A stretch of DNA of 64,000 bases from the NCBI GenBank assembly GCA_963718615.1, contig OY970368.1:1856001-1920000 (forward strand), written 5' to 3'. The stretch comes from an uncultured cyanobacterium. GTDB lineage: Bacteria > Cyanobacteriota > Cyanobacteriia > PCC-9006 > JAAUQQ01. Shown here in pieces: positions 50,508 through 59,603 of this stretch. Each line of letters starts with the position of its first letter. Within the stretch, counting starts at the first letter, position 1. The position numbers and the translations under genes are program-made. The notes beneath the pieces were generated by a model, which ran no database searches, was not told the DNA's origin, and worked only from the letters and a program-made list of their open reading frames with translations.

Positions 50508-51053
50508 CTAGGGTTGAAAAACCTGTAGGAGGGCCAATTTTTCCAAGGCTTGCCAGGTTGCTTGGTCAACAACGCCTTTAACGGTGATGGCTGAACTGGT
50601 TGGGGGGGTCTGTCGAGCCTGAAAATCTCTGATCGATGCTTCGGTGAGGGGGCCAAAGCGATAGTCGATCGCCCCTTCATAAAACCCTGCATGCTTCAGT
50701 AAATGCTGGACCACTGCAACGGATTTTCCGAGGGTGTTGCGGTGCAAAATGGGGAATTCTTCGATGAGGGCGCGATCGCCTTCCAAGGATCGCCAGGTCT
50801 CTTCAGTGGCAATCCCATCTTGAAATAAAAGATAGCGAAACTGAGCTACTTTCAGCCGCCGCTTGGTTCGAGGGCCAAATTGACCATCTTCGACCAGCGG
50901 TACTAGCGTTTGTGCATCGGCAAGTCGCTGGTTGAGTAGGGCCTGGAGACGCTGAACCTGAAGATTAGAATCACCCAGTTTGAGTATGGGGGCTTGGGTT
51001 GATGACGAGGTAACTATTTGCATGGTGAGCGAAGAAGAAAGCGAGAACGGCAT
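50508..51053 (-). CDS. Peptidoglycan-binding domain protein (two PG_binding_1 repeats)
   Basis: LKLGD...V..LQ.LL...DG.FGP.T and V..VQ.LL...G.Y.G.ID..FGP.T..FQ. Confidence 0.85.
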   Translation of the reverse strand: MPFSLSSSLTMQIVTSSSTQAPILKLGDSNLQVQRLQALLNQRLADAQTLVPLVEDGQFGPRTKRRLKVAQFRYLLFQDGIATEETWRSLEGDRALIEEFPILHRNTLGKSVAVVQHLLKHAGFYEGAIDYRFGPLTEASIRDFQARQTPPTSSAITVKGVVDQATWQALEKLALLQVFQP

Positions 51054-51305
51054 GGGTTCACTCTGGTTGTACCAAGTTCATCGCTCAGAAGCAGGTACCC
51101 CTAGGGGGCATTTTGCGAGTAGCAGGTCAAGAAACGATCACTCGCAGGGATGATTATGTCCGATGGGTGACGTTTGTTATGAGACAAAATGTAACAGCGT
51201 ATCTACTGAATATAGGTTTCCTCGGTATGATAAGAGTCGTGTTTGAGGCGAATCTGCTCGCTGACCTGTTCTAGAAGCTTTTTAGGCCGGTTTTCCATGA
51301 TGGAC

Positions 51306-51442
51306 GATATAAAGAATGTTTCTGCTTATCACCCCTATATGCGGGTTATACGGAAAGTTTCGGGATATCGTCTAGGGGGTATGTAGAAAGTTTCTGGCTA
51401 TCATGCTCTATGAGGATGATATACAGAAAATTTCTGCCTATT
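51306..51442 (+). repeat. Four 25-bp imperfect direct repeats with palindromic GAAA-N-TTTC core, just before the first cassette core site
   Basis: Copies at 51306, 51345, 51378 and 51418; consensus about GaTATAcAGAAAgTTTCTGccTATC. Confidence 0.75.
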
Positions 51443-51559
51443 AAGAGTTATGCTGCTTCTCCCTCTAGTAGGACGTAATCAAACGTTTCTCCCTACAACT
51501 TTAAATTTTCTAAGCTATAAAAGATAAAAGATTGCTAGAACACGGGTATTTCTCACTAA

Positions 51560-52609
51560 ATGAGTTTATTGCGACGAATCCAGGATGCCACAGTTGACCC
51601 CAAGTTTCAGTTGGCGGATATTTTGCGAATGTGTAAAATACTAGCTGCTCGTTTGGAGCACCCACTCTTTAAGGAATGGATTAAGCAAGAGCTGAATGGT
51701 TATGACGAAAATAAAGAACAACTGCCAGACTATAGAGTTTTAAAGAACTTAGGCTGTCGGGGTGATTTTTTTGGACCTTTTGGCAGTGGCTTAAAGAACG
51801 CGCCGATTCCTCCAATATGCCTACCTGAAGAATTCAGAGAAGTTGTATCAACGAAATATGTTTTTCAAAGTGTTAGTGCCTTGGAGAGCAATGTTGGTCA
51901 AGCCAATCAGTCAAACCAGAGCATTCTTAGGATGTTGTGGGCAGCAGATGCTGTTGTTCTGTTAGGTTCCGATATCTATGAAAGTATGGTTTGTGGGCAG
52001 GCTTGGACTGATATTCCTACCGCTGCATTGGTGGCAATTCTTGATACTATAAAGAGCAGAATTTTGGACTTTGTAATTGAGATTGAAGCTGAAGCACCAA
52101 ATGCGGGGGATGCTGAACCTGGGGAAAAGCCAATTCCTGACAAAGAAATTAACTACATCTTCAATAGATGCATTTTACATCAGCATAGTCAAACTGCTTC
52201 ATCTGGATCAGTCATTCAAACACATAACCAGCAGGATTCGTATATGCCAGACAACTATGTGAACAATCTTCAAGGAGCCAATGTAGGCAACATGGCTAAC
52301 ACAGTTAAGGATGATGCACGACAACAAGCTAATCAACATATCCATCTATCTGAGTCGAAGAAGACTCTTGCTGAAGCAGCCGCAGAGATTCAGCAACTCT
52401 TGAAGCAGTTAGAGCAAACTAGTCCTGCTGCTACTGAAGCTGAAAAGGTTGCGTATATTAATGATGAAACCACTCCTAGCTTTAAACGTCGTGTAAGCGG
52501 TGCTTTGCAGGCAAGTGGAGAAGCAGCAATCGATGAGTTTATCTTGGAGAATAAGTACCTTAAAGTTGCGAAAGCAGCAGTCAAAGGATGGTTTCAACCA
52601 GGCGGGTAA
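51560..52609 (+). CDS. AbiTii-like domain protein with cyanobacterial C-terminal helical domain (cassette 1)
   Basis: SLL..IQ......LADILR.CKILAA.L.....EW...ELNGY...LPDYR N-terminus; tail TLAEAAAEIQQLL.QLEQT.P. Confidence 0.75.
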   Translation: MSLLRRIQDATVDPKFQLADILRMCKILAARLEHPLFKEWIKQELNGYDENKEQLPDYRVLKNLGCRGDFFGPFGSGLKNAPIPPICLPEEFREVVSTKYVFQSVSALESNVGQANQSNQSILRMLWAADAVVLLGSDIYESMVCGQAWTDIPTAALVAILDTIKSRILDFVIEIEAEAPNAGDAEPGEKPIPDKEINYIFNRCILHQHSQTASSGSVIQTHNQQDSYMPDNYVNNLQGANVGNMANTVKDDARQQANQHIHLSESKKTLAEAAAEIQQLLKQLEQTSPAATEAEKVAYINDETTPSFKRRVSGALQASGEAAIDEFILENKYLKVAKAAVKGWFQPGG

Positions 52610-52629
52610 GGTTATTAATATTGCCAGCA

Positions 52630-52715
52630 GCATAACAACCCTGCTGCACCGGAACGAACTTAAGTTATCGATAGGAGTCAGAGTTTTTTGCGTCCGGTGA
52701 GCAGGAACGTTAGCT
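52630..52715 (+). other. Integron attC recombination site 1
   Basis: GCATAAC...GTTAGCT; arms TAACaacCCTGCTgCACCGGAaCG / CGTCCGGTGAGCAGGaacGTTA with extrahelical bases and an unpaired spacer. Confidence 0.88.
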
Positions 52716-52765
52716 GGCTTCGTTTTAGGGCTACGGGCATACCCTACTTGGCGGACTCAGTTAAA

Positions 52766-52807
52766 TAAAAAGAACAACCGAGCCTCAGTAATCAAGAAGC
52801 TCGGTTG
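52766..52807 (-). terminator. Probable intrinsic terminator of the small minus-strand gene
   Basis: CAACCGAGC...GCTCGGTTG stem with an A-tract on the left side. Confidence 0.6.
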
Positions 52808-52818
52808 CCAGTCAAGTT

Positions 52819-53028
52819 TTACCTCACAGTAGACTTTGAGTGTTGAGTAATGCCCCGAATCATGACTTGAACAAGGTTGGTCACGGAACCCATAAGGGTC
52901 GTAATAAGAATTGTGACAGCTAAAATGATTGCAGTGGGTGACTCACCATGTTCCATAACTGTTTCAGGATTGATTGGTGCAATAGGAGGTGTAGCTTGGC
53001 TCACGGTAGTTGTTTGTTGAGGTTGCAT
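52819..53028 (-). CDS. Small (69-aa) membrane peptide divergent from the STAND ATPase
   Basis: Polar N-terminus then GESPTAIILAVTILITTLMG hydrophobic helix; has its own terminator. Confidence 0.65.
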   Translation of the reverse strand: MQPQQTTTVSQATPPIAPINPETVMEHGESPTAIILAVTILITTLMGSVTNLVQVMIRGITQHSKSTVR

Positions 53029-53176
53029 GATTTCTGTTTGATCTCGACAATTTCATCATCAACCTCCCAAAACCCTTACAAGGCTTAGGATTAGCCCAAT
53101 AAAGAGAGCAGATGACATCTAACCTGGAACTGAGCCAAAATTGAACCTGAAAACACTAAAAATGTGATACATCGCA

Positions 53177-54580
53177 ATGGCAACGACGATTAGGGCAACT
53201 CAAGCAGGGCTAACTTATGTGGATCAAATTCGACGAAGAAAAGGCTGGAAGAAAACAGAAGAAGCTTGGTATGGTTTGGCTTACACGTCAGAATCAACTC
53301 TAAAAAGGTTTTGGGCAGGGCAACCAATACAGCAGGACACATTCATTAACATCTGTAAAGCGATCGGTATTGAGGATTGGCAAAAACTTATTGATACGAA
53401 CCCTATCCAGACAAAGACTTCTTACATTAATTTCTCCGTCTACGATGAGGATTGGGTTGGTCGAGAGCCTATCATCGATGAGCTAAGTCAAAAAATTCAC
53501 AGTTCTCATCGAGTACTTTTACTTGTTGGTCTTACAGGTATCGGAAAAACAGCCTTGGCTGAAAAGCTTGTCGAGAAATTACGAGGAGTATGGATAGAGG
53601 ATCGGGAAAACTTTGAAAATCAGGAAAAATCTTCAGACTTTGTTAGCGTTTCTTTCCAGTGGCTTCAGCGTTGGGGAGAGTTCGTTGCTCCAGATCAACG
53701 CCACCCTCAACAGCTACGCCGTAGACTTATAAAGAGGCTATGCGAGAATAAACATCTTATTTTAATGGATTCTTTAGAGTGTCTGCTAACAGGTAATGTA
53801 GATGAGGGATGGGGTGGTTTTGCTGATCCGGAGTGGGCAAACTTTTTCATTCAGTTACTTGCTGAACCCAATTTCTCTAGCCGCTTTATCCTCACATCTC
53901 AGGATCTGCCGACTCAATTTGATACGGCAGAGTTTGATCGATATAAGAATTATTGGCTCTGTAAGCTTTTAAAGGGATTAGACGCTGAAGAACAGATTAA
54001 GTTATTCAAAAAAGTTGATTTAGATGATCGACTAGAAGTAGCTGACAGTCCATTAAGGGTAATTGGACAAGTTTATGATGGTCATCCTCTTGCTTTAAGG
54101 GTTATTGCAGGAGAAATCAAACAGAAATATAACAGCAGGGTTGAAGCATATTGGAAAGATAATGGACTTTACATTGAAAATGTTAAAAGAGATTTAGATT
54201 TAGCCCGTCAATCAGATGCTACAACTGGTGTTGATGATCGATGGAATCTTGATTCCTACACAAGAACTTTGCGGAACTTGGTTAGAGAACGAGTTGAGAG
54301 AACACTTGAGCGCCTTAAGCGTGATGTTCCGGATGCTTATTTATTGCTTTGTGCATCATCAATTTATCGCTGTGAAGTGCAGGAAAACTGGTGGTTGACC
54401 CACCTTGAGTACAGGGGTTACGACAGGCAAAGGCAAAGGAACTCTATGCAGGCTTTGCGAGATCGTTACCTTGTTGAAGATGGAGGCATTGATGAAGAGG
54501 ATGAACGGCTAGTAGGTCAACATAATCTAATCCGAAGTGTTGCAATTTCTCATCGACTGGAATTATTCAGCACAATATAA
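53177..54580 (+). CDS. STAND/NB-ARC-like ATPase with N-terminal Xre-like HTH and no C-terminal repeats
   Basis: STLKRFW.G.PI....F..IC.A.G...W N-terminal domain, WVGRE, GLTGIGKT, LILMD, GHPLAL, QHNLIR. Confidence 0.85.
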   Translation: MATTIRATQAGLTYVDQIRRRKGWKKTEEAWYGLAYTSESTLKRFWAGQPIQQDTFINICKAIGIEDWQKLIDTNPIQTKTSYINFSVYDEDWVGREPIIDELSQKIHSSHRVLLLVGLTGIGKTALAEKLVEKLRGVWIEDRENFENQEKSSDFVSVSFQWLQRWGEFVAPDQRHPQQLRRRLIKRLCENKHLILMDSLECLLTGNVDEGWGGFADPEWANFFIQLLAEPNFSSRFILTSQDLPTQFDTAEFDRYKNYWLCKLLKGLDAEEQIKLFKKVDLDDRLEVADSPLRVIGQVYDGHPLALRVIAGEIKQKYNSRVEAYWKDNGLYIENVKRDLDLARQSDATTGVDDRWNLDSYTRTLRNLVRERVERTLERLKRDVPDAYLLLCASSIYRCEVQENWWLTHLEYRGYDRQRQRNSMQALRDRYLVEDGGIDEEDERLVGQHNLIRSVAISHRLELFSTI

Positions 54581-54878
54581 TCATCATTTGACAATATGGT
54601 TTCCATCTCATCATCAGATAATGAACTATTGCTCAAGGATCTAGGAATCTGTCCGCAAACCTTGGCTGACAATTGTTCTAGCCAGGAACTTGACAACTAC
54701 ATTGGAATTGTCAATTGGCTTACACGTCGAAAACTCAAACCTGGAAGTTCTGCGCTTGAGAAGACAAAAGGATATAAGGAAGCATTACATCTTTTGTGCG
54801 AACTTCAAGAATGGGAAAAGATACAAATTATTCTTCACAAATCTCTTCCAATCAATTCAAATATTTCACTACCTTTGT

Positions 54879-56262
54879 CAACACTCCGGACAGTTTTTTG
54901 GGGTTAGGTTGGAGAAAAGCTATCCACCGCATAGAGTGCAAGTGTACGAAAAACACGGAGCACCGATGGATAGCCTCAAAAGCATCTTAACCGGTCTGCT
55001 GGGGACAGCAGGCCCTTTAGCAAACCGCAGCGGCAGTTTCTGATGACGCTGATGACCACGATATTCGTGGTCTGTGGCAAGGTCAACTACACGAACCTGA
55101 GTCGGTACAGCGACCGCAGTGAGCGCACCTACCGGCGACATTTTGAGTCGGGACTGGGCCTGGAAGGCTTGAACCAAGCCTTAATTGAGCAGGTCACGGC
55201 GGACGGCAGCCCCCAGATTGCGGTGGTGGATTGCACCTTTACCGAGAAAAGTGGACGCCACACCTATGGGCTGGACGGGTTCTACAACGGGAAAACGCAG
55301 CGGGCCGAGCGAGGGTTGGAATGGTCGGTGGTAGCGATAGTCGATCTAGTTCAGAAGACGGGCTATGCCCTCTCGGCGCAACAAACCGAAGCGGGACTCG
55401 GATCCCAGGAACCGCCTACGGATGAGGAAACGACACCCCCCAAGAGCCGAGTCGACTTTTATCTGGGGCATTTGGCTTATTGCGTCGCCTTCTTTCCCGC
55501 CGCGATCCGCTATGTGGTTGCCGATGGCTTCTACAGCAAGTACAAATGGGTGAGCGGGGTGGTGCAGTTGGGCTTCCACGCCATTGGGCGGCTCCGCAGC
55601 GATGCCAACCTCAAATTTCTCTATGATGGCCCCCAGAAGCGGCGGGGCAACCGTCGTCGCTATGACGGCAAGGTAGATCTGAGCGACCCCAGTCGCTTCA
55701 CCTTCGTCGAGACCCTAGAGGACGGGGTGTCCCTCTACACCGCCGTCGTCTGGTCGGTCAGCCTCAAACGCCGCATTCGCCTCGCTTATCTACGGAAAGC
55801 CCAGGACGGGGCGTCGCGCTATGTCGTCCTCTTTTCCTCGGATACGGATATCGACCCGTTGCACCTCTATCGAGGCTACGCCGCCCGCTTTCAAATTGAA
55901 TTCATCTTCCGGGATGCCCGCCAATTTACGGGGTTAGCCGATTGCCAAGCCCGTTCCCCTGAAGCCCTTGACTCCCATGTCAATGCCAGTCTGATGGCCC
56001 TGTCGTTGGCCAAAGCCGCACTGCTCTCCACTCAAGCTAAGACTGAGGCTGAGGCTGAGGCTGAGGCTGAATCCCCCAGTTTCTCTATCGCTTCCTTCAA
56101 ACGACAGGCCCTCAATCAGCATCTTCTCGACCTATTTACCACCATGTTCGACCTGGAGCCAACTTTGATTCAATCCCACCCCAACTACCAGACCCTCCTG
56201 AATTACGGGACTATAGCCGCCTAAGCTGGGGCCACAGCCGCCTAAATCTGTCCGGAGTGTTG
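54879..56262 (+). mobile_element. IS701/IS4-like DDE insertion sequence, left copy (1,384 bp)
   Basis: Perfect 15-bp terminal inverted repeats CAACACTCCGGACAG. Confidence 0.93.
55043..56224 (+). CDS. DDE transposase (IS701/IS4-like); probable true start at 54966 in another frame
   Basis: VVDCTF..KSG, VADGFY, Y..RFQIEFIFRDARQ.TGL..CQAR. Confidence 0.9.
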   Translation: MTLMTTIFVVCGKVNYTNLSRYSDRSERTYRRHFESGLGLEGLNQALIEQVTADGSPQIAVVDCTFTEKSGRHTYGLDGFYNGKTQRAERGLEWSVVAIVDLVQKTGYALSAQQTEAGLGSQEPPTDEETTPPKSRVDFYLGHLAYCVAFFPAAIRYVVADGFYSKYKWVSGVVQLGFHAIGRLRSDANLKFLYDGPQKRRGNRRRYDGKVDLSDPSRFTFVETLEDGVSLYTAVVWSVSLKRRIRLAYLRKAQDGASRYVVLFSSDTDIDPLHLYRGYAARFQIEFIFRDARQFTGLADCQARSPEALDSHVNASLMALSLAKAALLSTQAKTEAEAEAEAESPSFSIASFKRQALNQHLLDLFTTMFDLEPTLIQSHPNYQTLLNYGTIAA

Positions 56263-56330
56263 AATTTAGTTGGATGAGGTTTAAAACATTGCCGCGATCG
56301 CCCAGCGATTCAGATAGAAATAGGGCAGAA

Positions 56331-56714
56331 TTAATAGCCCACATCTTTGATGAAACCAGCTACTCTTTCCACTATCGCAGCTGCCTGATTTGGTTGTAAT
56401 CCCTCAGTATGGTAACCGATCACTATCGCTGTTCCTGTTTTATAGGCAATGATACCAGCATTCTGCTTTATGCCCACGAGACATTTCTCATCACATTGCT
56501 TCCTTAAGAATTTAATGCCATTCATAGTGAAGTTATAACCACCGATGGTGGCATTTGTAAAAAAATTGGCTAAAAGCTGTGATTCTGACGAAGAAATGGT
56601 GAACCCAGGACTAGCCGCCCAAACCGTTCCATCAGCTCCAGTAATAGCTGCTCCTGAAAGTCCTGCCCCTACAAGATCATTCACATATAGTTGCCAACCT
56701 GTCATATTTGACAT
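56331..56714 (-). CDS. Eukaryote-type profilin (127 aa from the ATG at 56714)
   Basis: WQ.YV..L, AAI.G.DG.VWA.S.GF, F...G.KF, G.K...G....KT..AIVIG...E..QP..A...VE..A.F....GY; AGGTAGGTG Shine-Dalgarno-like sequence upstream. Confidence 0.92.
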   Translation of the reverse strand: MSNMTGWQLYVNDLVGAGLSGAAITGADGTVWAASPGFTISSSESQLLANFFTNATIGGYNFTMNGIKFLRKQCDEKCLVGIKQNAGIIAYKTGTAIVIGYHTEGLQPNQAAAIVERVAGFIKDVGY

Positions 56715-56780
56715 ATGGTTCACCTACCTATTCAAATGTAAATTAAGCTGTTAGTCATCTAAATCGCATATAATACATTA

Positions 56781-58164
56781 CAACACTCCGGACAGTTTTT
56801 TGGGGTTAGGTTGGAGAAAAGCTATCCACCGCATAGAGTGCAAGTGTACGAAAAACACGGAGCACCGATGGATAGCCTCAAAAGCATCTTAACCGGTCTG
56901 CTGGGGACAGCAGGCCCTTTAGCAAACCGCAGCGGCAGTTTCTGATGACGCTGATGACCACGATATTCGTGGTCTGTGGCAAGGTCAACTACACGAACCT
57001 GAGTCGGTACAGCGACCGCAGTGAGCGCACCTACCGGCGACATTTTGAGTCGGGACTGGGCCTGGAAGGCTTGAACCAAGCCTTAATTGAGCAGGTCACG
57101 GCGGACGGCAGCCCCCAGATTGCGGTGGTGGATTGCACCTTTACCGAGAAAAGTGGACGCCACACCTATGGGCTGGACGGGTTCTACAACGGGAAAACGC
57201 AGCGGGCCGAGCGAGGGTTGGAATGGTCGGTGGTAGCGATAGTCGATCTAGTTCAGAAGACGGGCTATGCCCTCTCGGCGCAACAAACCGAAGCGGGACT
57301 CGGATCCCAGGAACCGCCTACGGATGAGGAAACGACACCCCCCAAGAGCCGAGTCGACTTTTATCTGGGGCATTTGGCTTATTGCGTCGCCTTCTTTCCC
57401 GCCGCGATCCGCTATGTGGTTGCCGATGGCTTCTACAGCAAGTACAAATGGGTGAGCGGGGTGGTGCAGTTGGGCTTCCACGCCATTGGGCGGCTCCGCA
57501 GCGATGCCAACCTCAAATTTCTCTATGATGGCCCCCAGAAGCGGCGGGGCAACCGTCGTCGCTATGACGGCAAGGTAGATCTGAGCGACCCCAGTCGCTT
57601 CACCTTCGTCGAGACCCTAGAGGACGGGGTGTCCCTCTACACCGCCGTCGTCTGGTCGGTCAGCCTCAAACGCCGCATTCGCCTCGCTTATCTACGGAAA
57701 GCCCAGGACGGGGCGTCGCGCTATGTCGTCCTCTTTTCCTCGGATACGGATATCGACCCGTTGCACCTCTATCGAGGCTACGCCGCCCGCTTTCAAATTG
57801 AATTCATCTTCCGGGATGCCCGCCAATTTACGGGGTTAGCCGATTGCCAAGCCCGTTCCCCTGAAGCCCTTGACTCCCATGTCAATGCCAGTCTGATGGC
57901 CCTGTCGTTGGCCAAAGCCGCACTGCTCTCCACTCAAGCTAAGACTGAGGCTGAGGCTGAGGCTGAGGCTGAATCCCCCAGTTTCTCTATCGCTTCCTTC
58001 AAACGACAGGCCCTCAATCAGCATCTTCTCGACCTATTTACCACCATGTTCGACCTGGAGCCAACTTTGATTCAATCCCACCCCAACTACCAGACCCTCC
58101 TGAATTACGGGACTATAGCCGCCTAAGCTGGGGCCACAGCCGCCTAAATCTGTCCGGAGTGTTG
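56781..58164 (+). mobile_element. IS701/IS4-like DDE insertion sequence, right copy (1,384 bp)
   Basis: Same inverted repeats and same ORF translations as the left copy, offset by 1,902 bp. Confidence 0.93.
56945..58126 (+). CDS. DDE transposase, second copy
   Basis: Translation identical to 55043-56224. Confidence 0.9.
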   Translation: MTLMTTIFVVCGKVNYTNLSRYSDRSERTYRRHFESGLGLEGLNQALIEQVTADGSPQIAVVDCTFTEKSGRHTYGLDGFYNGKTQRAERGLEWSVVAIVDLVQKTGYALSAQQTEAGLGSQEPPTDEETTPPKSRVDFYLGHLAYCVAFFPAAIRYVVADGFYSKYKWVSGVVQLGFHAIGRLRSDANLKFLYDGPQKRRGNRRRYDGKVDLSDPSRFTFVETLEDGVSLYTAVVWSVSLKRRIRLAYLRKAQDGASRYVVLFSSDTDIDPLHLYRGYAARFQIEFIFRDARQFTGLADCQARSPEALDSHVNASLMALSLAKAALLSTQAKTEAEAEAEAESPSFSIASFKRQALNQHLLDLFTTMFDLEPTLIQSHPNYQTLLNYGTIAA

Positions 58165-59603
58165 TTTGTATGAGTATCTTTTATTTAATGAGCTTTCGAG
58201 GGAATTACTAGCAATTTCACAGGAAATTCTCACTTCATTAGAAGGTTATGAACATGACTTGACATTTGTTGAGTTGTTGAAAGCAAGAGCCATGTCAGCG
58301 ACGAATAATCAACTAGAAGAAGCAAGAGTGCTACTAGAAGAGCTATTCAATAAATCGCTATCAGGTACAGAGATACATATTGAGTCTTTGGCATACCTTG
58401 GAATGCGGCAAGTTAACTCAGGCTCATATAAAGAAGGGATAGAAAATTTAAATTCTGCTCTGCTTAAAGCTGACAAAAGCGATTTTGTAGATACCGCAAA
58501 AATCAAGGAGCTAAAAACAGATATCTTAGAGAATTTAGCTTTTTTTGAAATGAATGCTAGTCATTTTCAAGATGCAATGAGATTATATAGTGAGGTCATT
58601 TCTTTAAGAGAGGAGCTAGGACTTTTTCATAAGATTGTAGGTCCTCTTGCTCATCAAGGAATCATCGCAAGAAAAATTGGGGACTATGAACAGGCAAGAA
58701 CTTTTTTAGAAAAAGCAAAAAAGCAAGCAACTGAAATTGAAAGTGAAAGTCAAGTAGTTTGGGTTAGCCATCACTTAGCATATGTTCTTCTGAATCAAGG
58801 TAATCCAGATCTGGCAGAAGATCTGTGCAAGTTCTCAATTAATGGATATCAGAAATTTGATAATCAGTGGGGACTGTCAGACTGTTATGAACAAATGGGA
58901 CTTATTTGCTTAGCTCAAAGAAATTTTGATCAAGCCGAAAACCATTTTCAACGTTCACTGAATACTAGAAAGATGATAGGTAATCGTCACGGAACTGCAA
59001 GCTCGACATTAGATTTGGCATTAGCATTCTGGAATAAACGTAATTTCTTGAAGGCTATTTTTTATTTGCTAAAAGGGTTTTATCTTTACTACAACCTTGG
59101 CATTCTAAATCGAACAAGATTCCGCAGAATGTTAAAATTAGCCTTGGTCTGGACTTTTGGTAATAAAAAGTGGACTATGTGAGATAGTAATCATGAATGT
59201 AGGAATTATATGTGGTTATGGGGTTTCATTAGAAAATGACCTAGAAATTTATGCAGATTCTATCTCACTCTTTTTGTCTTCTAGTGATATAGATAAGCTA
59301 ATTCTTTGTGGAGGATATACTGTAGAAAATTCGCCCCATTCAGAAGCAGGTCTAATGCGGAAGCTTCTCCAGCAGAGGGAAGTTGATCAGGAGTTTATCC
59401 TTGAAGAGGCTTCTGTTACTTCCCTGCATAATCTTTTATTTGCAAAGGAAATTTTAGAAAATCTTGCTTATCCTTTTCAAAGAATCTATATATTTTGTGA
59501 CTCAGTGAGAAGCTTTAAAGTCTTCTGTTTGTCAAGAATTATTTTTAGTAATTACTCCGTGACAATCATATCTTTTGGTCGCAAAGAATTTGCTTTAATG
59601 TAT

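Larger units (their letters stand above)
54879..58164 (+). mobile_element. Composite transposon: IS - profilin gene - IS (3,286 bp)
   Basis: Two directly repeated IS copies; TTTGT at 54874-54878 and 58165-58169; inner flanks (AATTT, CATTA) are not duplicated. Confidence 0.95.
54596..59182 (+). pseudogene. TPR protein (about 431 aa) split by the composite transposon
   Basis: Deleting 54879-58169 gives in-frame ..NISLPL-YEYLLFNELSR..; the C-terminal part has TPR-like repeats. Confidence 0.9.

Noticed and set aside
1-51100. Abundant GCGATCGC palindromes
   Set aside because: Ordinary cyanobacterial HIP1; used only as a taxonomic and foreign-DNA marker.
51306-51442. Repeats as a CRISPR array
   Set aside because: Repeats are degenerate, gaps are only 8-15 bp, and there are no cas genes.
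56041-56070. GCTGAG tandem repeat (EAEAEAE) in the transposase as a phase-variation tract
   Set aside because: The 6-bp unit keeps the frame and copy number is the same in both IS copies.
54879-58164. Two independent IS insertions rather than one composite element
   Set aside because: Neither copy has its own target duplication; only the outer ends share TTTGT, and removing the whole unit restores the TPR frame.
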